From positions 171,001-235,000 of the forward strand of contig CAVRJG010000053.1 of NCBI GenBank assembly GCA_963721455.1: DNA of 64,000 nucleotides, written 5' to 3'. Each line of letters opens with the position of its first letter. Within the stretch, counting starts at the first letter, position 1. The notes beneath the pieces were generated by a model. It saw only the letters and a list, made by a program, of their open reading frames with translations. It had not been told where the DNA came from and made no database searches. Of the stretch, positions 56,193-64,000 are shown in pieces. Source of the DNA: an uncultured Methanosarcinaceae archaeon (GTDB lineage: Archaea > Halobacteriota > Methanosarcinia > Methanosarcinales > Methanosarcinaceae). The position numbers and the translations under genes were made by a program.

Positions 56193-56870
56193 GTGATGTT
56201 TATGTTAATGCATGTAATCCATATGGGACACGATGTCTTCAAAGCAAACGATAAACTTGCTGAAAAAAATAGAAAGAAACTTGACAAACATCAGGTCTTC
56301 GCAATAAATGTTATGGGAGCAATAGGGTCAGGGAAGACCACTCTGATAGAGGAGGCAATCAAGCACCTCAAAGAGAAATATAAAATAGCTGTGATCGCAG
56401 GGGACGTGATCGCAGAAATGGATGCTTCCCGTTTCAGAAAACTCGGAGTGCCCACAATTCCTGCAAATACGGGAAAAGAGTGCCATCTGGACGCAAAGCT
56501 GGTGGAAAATGCCCTGAATGAAATCGATCTTGAAAATACCGATCTCCTGATGATTGAAAACGTAGGCAACCTGATCTGCCCTGTGGACTTCAAACTTGGG
56601 GAACACCTGAGGGTTGTAATCGTGAGCGTTACTGAAGGAGACGACATCATCCTCAAACACCCCATGATTTTCAAAACTGCAGAACTTGCAATCATAAACA
56701 AAGTTGACATTGCACATGCAGTCGATGTTAATGCCGAGAAAATGAGAGATGATATCCTTTCCTTAAACCCCGATGTGCCAGTTATCCTGACTTCGAAGCA
56801 TGACTGGGAAAGTCTTGAGACCTGGATTAGTTTCATCGAGCTTGGACTTCAAAAAGCGCAGAGTAATTAA
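56193..56870 (+). CDS. hypB: Nickel-insertion GTPase HypB
   Basis: GSGKTT, ECHLDA, ENVGNLICP, NKVD motifs. Confidence 0.96.
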   Translation: MMFMLMHVIHMGHDVFKANDKLAEKNRKKLDKHQVFAINVMGAIGSGKTTLIEEAIKHLKEKYKIAVIAGDVIAEMDASRFRKLGVPTIPANTGKECHLDAKLVENALNEIDLENTDLLMIENVGNLICPVDFKLGEHLRVVIVSVTEGDDIILKHPMIFKTAELAIINKVDIAHAVDVNAEKMRDDILSLNPDVPVILTSKHDWESLETWISFIELGLQKAQSN

Positions 56871-56932
56871 GGTCGATTTGAAAGAATAAGGGCGATTTAA
56901 TAGAGTCTAAAAGCGGACAAAAGGAACCTTAG

Positions 56933-57979
56933 ATGAAACCCGATACCATTTCTCTTGAGCACGGTGCAGGCGGCGAGGTCATGCAGGCACTTATAGGCGA
57001 GATAATCCTTAAAAACTTCCGCAATAAAAGTGCAGGTTCGATTGGGCTTGAAAGCCTTGACGACGGGTCCACGGTCAGGCTTGAGAATTTTAATTCTGCA
57101 TCCGAACTCGTACTGACCACTGACAGTCATGTGATAACGCCTGCCTTTTTCCCGGATACCAATATAGGAAGGCTTGCAGTTGCAGGCACTATCAATGACC
57201 TTACGGTTATGGGAGCAAAGCCGCTTGCCCTTACATGTGCGGTCGTAGTCCCTGAAGGTTTTTCGCTGAAGGAGTTTGAGGAAATAATCAAAACAATGGA
57301 TGAGACAGCCGCAGAAGTTGGCGTACCCATAATCACAGGCGACACAAAGACCATGGAAAAGACGGCTCTCGATTCGATCATCCTGAACACTGCCGGCCTG
57401 GGCATTACAGATAACCCGGTCAGGGATTCAGGACTTAAATCTGGAGACAAAATCATTGTCACGGGCACTATTGGCGATCACGGGATCTCTCTTATGGCCC
57501 ACAGAGAAGGTTTTGACTTCGATACCGACCTGGTCTCGGACTCAGCCCCGCTCTGGAAACTCATAGAGCCTCTCCTGAAGCTCAGAACCCCGCAGGGAGA
57601 GCCTGTAATTACGGCAATGAAAGACCCGACACGCGGGGGGCTTGCAAACTCTCTGAACGAGATGGCAGCAAAATCCAGAGCAGGCATCCTTATTGAAGAA
57701 GACTGGATTCCTTTCAAGCCTGCAGTTTCCGCAGCCTGCGAGATTCTGGGCCTTGATCCCCTTGAGGTTGCAAACGAAGGAAAAGCAGTTATCGGAGTAA
57801 AAACCGGCTTTGAAGAAGAGGTTCTTTCGATTCTCAGACAGCACCCTTACGGCAAAAATGCTGCCGTTATAGGAGAAGTTACCGCAGACAACAAAGGAGA
57901 AGTAATCCTCAGGAACCGCTTTGGAGGCATGCGTTATGTAGATGTGCCTGCTGGAGACCCGATTCCCAGAGTTTGTTAG
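56933..57979 (+). CDS. hypE: Carbamoyl dehydratase HypE
   Basis: HGAGG, TTDSH, DPTRGG, ANEG motifs; C-terminal PRVC followed by TAG. Confidence 0.96.
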   Translation: MKPDTISLEHGAGGEVMQALIGEIILKNFRNKSAGSIGLESLDDGSTVRLENFNSASELVLTTDSHVITPAFFPDTNIGRLAVAGTINDLTVMGAKPLALTCAVVVPEGFSLKEFEEIIKTMDETAAEVGVPIITGDTKTMEKTALDSIILNTAGLGITDNPVRDSGLKSGDKIIVTGTIGDHGISLMAHREGFDFDTDLVSDSAPLWKLIEPLLKLRTPQGEPVITAMKDPTRGGLANSLNEMAAKSRAGILIEEDWIPFKPAVSAACEILGLDPLEVANEGKAVIGVKTGFEEEVLSILRQHPYGKNAAVIGEVTADNKGEVILRNRFGGMRYVDVPAGDPIPRVC

Positions 57980-58348
57980 TCGCGACTTGACGATGCGCGG
58001 TCCTTCTCGCTACGCCCGAGAGGACTTCTTATCATCTTTTCTCTTTTAATTTCGGCATTTCTTTGTCATTATTTCTCACCATCTTTGACCAGGTTTTGGA
58101 ATTGAAACCGGATGAATCAAAAAGGATGGAGCATTATGAAAATTGTGAAATATAAAAGGAAAAAAATCTTTTTCTGAGGAGAGAAGTTTTCCGGAAAATA
58201 AGAAGCCATGAATGTGAAAAAACCAAAAACACATTACTGCTGATATTCACTGCATTTCTTTTGCCTGCCTTAAGATTCCCAAAATATCTCTTTTGCTATT
58301 TTGTACAGGATAAGGATATGCCCTGTTTTAGCAAATATAATTCATTTT

Positions 58349-58481
58349 CATTTGTATTCGGTTAACGAATTTTATGCACAACTTTGAATACCATGTGTAG
58401 CGATTTTCCGACATAATTCGTAGATATTTGCATAGAAAATAACACTATTTAGGCGTTTCGTATCTTAACCGAATACTAATG
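58349..58481. mobile_element. 133-bp MITE, inverted homologue of 23060-23192
   Basis: TIR catttgtattcggttaa / ttaaccgaatactaatg; interior aligns in reverse complement. Confidence 0.88.
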
Positions 58482-58511
58482 AAGATCAATTAAGCTAAAA
58501 GGAAATAAATT

Positions 58512-58789
58512 ATGGCTAAAAGATTTATTGTGAGTTGAGAGCACCGGTTAATATTTCCATGCAGGCAGCCCTGGATTCAGATGTGGCAAAGCTTCCTGGC
58601 TTCAAGATCGACCAGGACTATGAACCTATTCCTGTTAGCCCATCGAAGGAGATGGTTGAGAGCATGGAAACTGCAAATGAAAAGGTATTTTTGATCCGGG
58701 GCATCGTTGAAGACGAAAAAGAGGAAGAGCTGAAGTCGCTTCCTGATGTGCTCAAAGTCTGGAGCGAGGCTCGAATAGGGCCTTTTTGA
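58512..58789 (+). CDS. Small protein resembling a stand-alone subtilisin propeptide; apparent 1-bp deletion near 58532
   Basis: MAKRFIV-[shift]-ELRAP...LIRGIVED...LKSLPDVLKVWSEARIGPF. Confidence 0.55.
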
Positions 58790-58993
58790 GAATTTCTGTT
58801 TTCCTTTTCATGTCTGCTTTAATCCTTTTTTGTATTCCGGTATATTTCCATAGTAAGGGTTTTTTGGAGGCAGATGTATCTAATAGCACAGCATCTGATT
58901 ATTAAGGTATGTCAGTGCTCTTTCAGGCCTTATCAGGCATGTATGAGCAAATAAGATATGAGACGCAGAGCTGGAAAAGACGGAGAAATATTA

Positions 58994-59527
58994 ATGATAA
59001 TGGATTTTAAAGGCAAAAGCCCGAAAATTTCAGAGACTGCTTTTATTGCGGATTCTGCAGATGTGATAGGGGATATTGAGGTTGGAGATTTTTCAAGTGT
59101 ATGGTTTAATGCAGTTATTCGGGGAGATCGAAATAAGATAAAAATAGGGAATCGGACAAGCGTTCAGGATAATGTGGTAATTCATGCAAATCCGGAAAAT
59201 GGGGTTGAGATTGGGAATGATGTAAGTGTGGGACACGGAGCTGTGCTTCACGGGTGCAGAATAGGAAGTAATGTGCTGATAGGAATGAATTCTACAATAT
59301 TGAATGGGACTGAGATAGGGGAAAATTCCATCGTAGGCGCAAATGCACTTGTTCCTGAGGGCAAGAAATTTCCTGAGAATAGCCTGATTATCGGAGTTCC
59401 CGGAAGGGTAAAGAGAGAACTGGAGGAATCAGAAATTGAAGCCATAGCAGAAAACGCTGCAGAATATGTAGAATTTGTCAGGGAATATAGAGAAGAAATG
59501 AAATCCACACATAAGAATATTTCTTAA
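58994..59527 (+). CDS. Gamma-class carbonic anhydrase family protein (CamH-like)
   Basis: Hexapeptide repeats, RGD, QDNVVIH, GHGAVLHGC motifs. Confidence 0.92.
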   Translation: MIMDFKGKSPKISETAFIADSADVIGDIEVGDFSSVWFNAVIRGDRNKIKIGNRTSVQDNVVIHANPENGVEIGNDVSVGHGAVLHGCRIGSNVLIGMNSTILNGTEIGENSIVGANALVPEGKKFPENSLIIGVPGRVKRELEESEIEAIAENAAEYVEFVREYREEMKSTHKNIS

Positions 59528-59818
59528 ATTTATTCACATAAATTATATTATACCAAACCTGGATATTTACAGTAACAGATGCATATAAGATGGTAAAAAA
59601 CAAAATGAAGAAATTGAAAAGGAGACAAACGAAGTTTCTGTATAAGATGATACACGTTATGTATATACGTAAACTAAGGAATAAAAAATATATAACTTCA
59701 AGTATTTATGTTCCTTATATAATTCTGGTAATACTCTATTACAGACAAAAACGGAACTGAATTAAATGCTACGCAAAAAATATTCGGAAGAAATTGAAAA
59801 GCAAATGAAAGTATTTTA

Positions 59819-61594
59819 GTATCCTCTTCAAATTTGATGGATTTTCAATCACAGGAAAAATATAATAGTTGCTCCATTTACCCTTATCATATTTTGGAGT
59901 AAAAAGATGGAACTCGAAGCTTTAAAACAATTGCTGGCATCTTTGGATATCAATCCTGATGAAATTGAGGATAAAAGGTATGCTACAGCTTTTCGCATTT
60001 TGTTTGCTATCATTGAAAAACAGAACGAGGAGATAGAATTTCTCAAGGCAGAGAACCAAAAGCTTCGAAATGAAATCAATTTACTCAAAGGTGAACAAAC
60101 CAAACCTAAGATTCGTGGCTCTAAAAAGAATGAAGATATTTCTTCTGAGAAAGAGAGACGAAAAAGAGAGCATCCATAGGACAAAGAATCTAAATCAAAA
60201 CTGGACAAAATAGAGGTTCATCGAATTGAAACATGTAAAGTTGATAGATCCGTTTTACCCAGTGACGCATATCCTAAAGGTTATAGGGACGTAATAATTC
60301 AGGATATATCCATAAAGCCTGTGAACACCAACTACAGGATAGAGATATTTTATTCTCCTTCTGAGCATAAAACATATTCAGGAGAATTACCACATGGTAT
60401 CAAAGGTGAATTTGGTCCTGGAATCAAATCTCTGATAATCACACTTAACCATGTTGCTAATGTTTCAGAGCCCAAAATACATGAATTTCTGGAAAATATT
60501 GGTGTTTATATATCCAAAGCCACAATTTCTCGAATTTTGACAAAAGATACTGATATCTTCCATCAGGAGAAAGCTGAGATTTTTCTGGAAGGTCTTAAGG
60601 CTTCGCCTTATCAGCAGATTGATGATACAGGTGCAAGAGTCAATGGTAAAAATCACTATACTCAAATTCTTTGTAATCCTTATTGTGCTGCTTATTTTAC
60701 AGTTCCCAACAAGAGTCGAGAAAATATTTTAGATGTACTTCTATGTGGAAAAGAAAAAACGTACTGCTTTAATGATGAAGCATTTGATTTGATGAAAACG
60801 TTTAATGTTTCCCAAATCTGGATGGAAAAGCTCTCTTCTTTTAAAAACAAAATATTCAGTGACGAAGAAATGCGTCGAAAACTGGATTGTGTTTTTTCAC
60901 TCAAAGGGTATAAAACTACTAAGAAGAAAGTTCTTGAAGCCGGTGCAATTGCGGCATATCATCAAAGTACAGACATACCTGTGGTTACCATACTTCTAAG
61001 TGATGATGCACCTCAATTCAGGCAAGTTGCATCACATCATGCTCTTTGTTGGATTCATGATGGGAGAAACTACAAGAAATTGAGGCCAATAGTACCATAT
61101 TATAAGGAAAAGCTGAAAGCTTTTCTGGATAGGTACTGGGACTTTTATGGGGAACTCGTTAAGTTTCGAGAAAAACCAGATTCAGAGGTAGCGAAGCAAT
61201 TATCCATTAAGTTTGATCAGTTGTTTTCGATTATAACAGGATACGAACAGTTGGATGAAAGAATCAGTAAGACGAAAGAGAAAAAGGAACATCTATTAAA
61301 GGTACTGGTTTTGCCAGAGGTTCCGCTGCATAACAATGCAGCGGAACTAGCGGCGAGAGCAAAGGTCAGAAAAAGAGATGTGAGCCTTCAAACCATAACA
61401 GATGAAGGGACAAAGGCAAACGACACATTTATGACGATTGTTCAGACTGCAAAGAAACTGAGTATAAGTGCGTATCAGTACATATGTGATAGAGTGAGCA
61501 ATACATTTGAGATGCCATCTCTGGCTCAACTCATTAGAGAAAAAAGCTCATGGAGTTGAAAGTCAAAGCTTTCCACTCAATTTGAAGAGGATAC
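59819..61594 (+). mobile_element. IS66-family element, single-ORF type
   Basis: TIR gtatcctcttcaaatt / aatttgaagaggatac; 8-bp TSD gtatttta. Confidence 0.93.
59907..61559 (+). CDS. IS66 transposase with in-frame amber codon at 60177-60179
   Basis: The 90-aa and 412-aa ORFs share a frame and are joined by 47 sense codons; IDDTG, CWIH, HNNAAE motifs. Confidence 0.8.
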
Positions 61595-62859
61595 GTATTT
61601 TATGATTCTTTGAACGAGAAAGACAAAAGAAAATATGCAGCCATAGAAGCAATGAAATTAGGTCACGGGGGACAAAAATATATAAGTAGTGTGCTGGGCT
61701 GCCATTTTCAGACTGTCATGGCTGGAATTGATGAAATCACCAATGGTACAGAAACACCAGAATGTAGGATTCGAAAGCCTGGAGGAGGTAAAAAGAAAAT
61801 CATCGACATGGTGGAAAATATTGATGAAGTTTTCTTTGAGATCTTAAAAGACCATACGGCTGGAAGTCCTATGGACGAAGGAATAAAATGGACAAACCTG
61901 AATCTTACCGAAATTTCAAAGGCTTTTAAATCCAGAGGTATGAATATATCACCCTATGTAGTAAAGCAGCTTTTGGAAAAACATGGTTTTGTGAAGAGAA
62001 AAATGCAAAAAACAGTCACTATGAAAGACTGTAAAGACAGAAACGAGCAATTTGAGAGAATTAAAGAGTTGAAAGAAGAGTACTTTGAAAGCGAGAATCC
62101 GATTATCAGTATAGATGTGAAAAAAAGGAATTCTTAGGCAATTTCTACCGGGATGGAAAAATTTATTGTACGGAAACGGTAAAGGTTTATGATCACGACT
62201 TCAATACATTTTCAGATGGTATTGTAATTCCACATGGCATATACGATCTCAAACGTAACAAAGGATACATCACCTTGGGAACCAGTAAGGATACAAGCGA
62301 GTTTTGTTGTGACTGCATTAAATACTGGTGGGAAAACTACGGTAAGGAAGATTACCGCAAGGCATGTAGCATCTTAATATTAGCTGATGGCGGCGGAAGC
62401 AACTCAAGTAGGCATTATATTTTCAAGGAAGACTTACAAAAGCTGGTAAATGAAATTGGGATTGGAATCAGAATGGCTCACTATCCACCATATACTTCGA
62501 AATACAATCCAATAGAACACAGGTTATTCTGCCATGTTACAAGTGCCTGCAAAGGTGCTGTTTTTACCAGTCTTGATGTGGTTAAAAGTCTCATTGATAA
62601 GACTTCAACATCCAAGGGACTAAAAGTGTTTTCAGCTATCAAAAACAAAGTTTATGCCACAGGAAGAAAAGTAAGTGAAAACTTCAAAGAAAACATGAAA
62701 ATTGTCTTTGATAATTATTTGGGGAAATGGAATTATAGAGCCATTCCCGAAGTGAAAACTTGAACTTATATTTCAATTATTCCTAAAATATAAATCAACT
62801 TCTCTTTTTTCATCAAAGTTTTCGTATTTTTCCAGAGTAATAAGTATTTATTGTGAAGG

Positions 62860-63075
62860 TGCAATTCGAACGCATGAACTCCTGGCAGAATATCCTTCAA
62901 AATATCCACCTTGACCGGGGTAACTGCGGGAAAACCGAACGATTCTGCGCCGTTTTAAGTCATTCTACAAGGGGAGTAAAAGGGTCAAGACCATGGGGAA
63001 GAAACCCCAGTAAAAGCTGGGTACGTTATAAAAGCACCAGCCAGGAAAAGGTGCTCTAAATATAACCAAAAACAC
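62860..63075 (+). pseudogene. Probable cupin-domain gene remnant
   Basis: Interrupted frame VILQGE*...GEETPVKAGYVIKAPA resembles cupin motif 2. Confidence 0.4.
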
Positions 63076-63181
63076 CAGATGCCACTGTTAAATATTTATT
63101 TATATGTTAAAGTGTAATCTAACGTGTTTAATGTTTTATGCGACCAATTTTGCAGTTAAACCACATAAATAAAATACAGAG

Positions 63182-63967
63182 GTGAATGACTTGCATAAGA
63201 AACATGAAACAAAAGCCGAAGCTGATAAAGCAGCTAAGATGACAAAGACAGAAGTCAAGAAGATCCCGAAGAGAGATGAGAAGATTAGCTATAAGCCGCG
63301 TTATGTCCCCGGATCCTGGAAAGGAACCAAAGGAACTTCAATAAGTGAGAAAGTTAGCTACACGCCTCGTTATATTCCTGGCTTCTGGAAAGGGACAACA
63401 CAGAATCCGAAGATAGGTCAGAAGGTTAGCTACAAGCAACGTTATATCCCCGGATCCTGGAAAGGAACAACAGGGGATTCTAAAATAAGTGGAAAGGTTG
63501 GCTACAAGCCGCGTTATATCCCCGGATCCTGGAAAGGTACAACAGAGAATCTGAAGATAGGTCAGAAGGTTAGCTACAAGCAACGTTATATCCCCGGATC
63601 CTGGAAAGGAACAACAGAGGATTCTAAAATAAGTGGAAAGGTTGGCTACAAGCCGCGTTATATCCCCGGATCCTGGAAAGGAACCATCGAAACTCGGAAG
63701 ATAGGTAAGAGGGTTAGCTACAAGCAACGTTATGTACCCGGATCCTGGAAAGGAACAACAGAGGATTCTAAAATAAGTGGAAAGGTTGGCTACAAGCCGC
63801 GTTATATCCCCGGATCCTGGAAAGGAACCATCGAAACTCGGAAGATAGTTGAGAAGGTTAGCTACAAGCCAAGATATGTACCCGGATCCTGGAAAGGAAA
63901 AAAGGAGAATTTGAATAGGACTTACTCACTTGGGAAGCAAAATAAAGCATTTGCAGGCAGACCGTAA
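63182..63967 (+). CDS. Basic tandem-repeat protein (9 x ~24 aa, YKPRYIPGSWKG core)
   Basis: Open frame through all repeats; units of 69 or 72 bp, always multiples of 3. Confidence 0.75.
   Translation: MNDLHKKHETKAEADKAAKMTKTEVKKIPKRDEKISYKPRYVPGSWKGTKGTSISEKVSYTPRYIPGFWKGTTQNPKIGQKVSYKQRYIPGSWKGTTGDSKISGKVGYKPRYIPGSWKGTTENLKIGQKVSYKQRYIPGSWKGTTEDSKISGKVGYKPRYIPGSWKGTIETRKIGKRVSYKQRYVPGSWKGTTEDSKISGKVGYKPRYIPGSWKGTIETRKIVEKVSYKPRYVPGSWKGKKENLNRTYSLGKQNKAFAGRP
63281..63898 (+). repeat. 72-bp tandem repeat, 9 units with A/B alternation
   Basis: Units in register at 63285, 63354, 63426, 63498 ... 63858. Confidence 0.97.
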
Positions 63968-64000
63968 ATATTGGGATTCAGACTGTTTGAAGTTTCATGC

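Larger units (their letters stand above)
59678..62783 (+). mobile_element. ISAzo13-family element interrupted by an IS66
   Basis: Imperfect TIRs ggaataa...ttcaag with TAA flanks. Transposase pieces at 59766-59818 and 61603-62763 (ISIDVKK, ADGGGSN, SKYNPIEHRLF, GKWNY); A7G shift site at 62120-62127. Confidence 0.9.

Noticed and set aside
62860-63060. Possible structured ncRNA or group I intron-like fragment (aactgcgggaaa, several short stems)
   Set aside because: No Q/R/S core elements were found, and a broken cupin-like reading frame explains the sequence better.
63281-63898. CRISPR-like pattern of conserved ~45-bp repeats with ~27-bp variable spacers
   Set aside because: Spacers recur (A/B alternation), unit lengths are multiples of 3 in an open frame, and no cas genes are present. 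This is a coding repeat.

Overview
This is a 64 kb chromosomal segment of a Methanosarcina-type methanogenic archaeon. The assignment rests on pta-ackA, two methanophenazine-type [NiFe]-hydrogenase operons (vhtGACD, vhxGAC), hypCDABE, ADP-dependent sugar kinases and a MEDS/PAS kinase. The housekeeping backbone (argC/argJ, pgk, UDG, glpX, mtaB, cgi121, camH) is interleaved with accessory DNA. Two cassettes are bounded by diverged copies of host gene ends, and one carries a secreted Trp/Arg/Cys-ladder mini-protein. Other accessory genes encode a signal-peptide catalase bracketed by IS5-type ends, a NACHT-HEAT (NLR-like) protein with hypervariable repeats, a peptidoglycan-binding-domain protein and a basic 24-aa tandem-repeat protein. 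Mobile DNA includes two nested IS stacks (ISH8-type MITE in IS5; IS66 in ISAzo13) and several MITE/hairpin families. The IS66 transposase has an in-frame amber codon and hypE ends in amber, which matters in a pyrrolysine-decoding genus. Several core genes carry single-base lesions that may be sequencing errors. No rRNA, tRNA or CRISPR array was seen. All calls come from motif recognition by eye; no searches were run.
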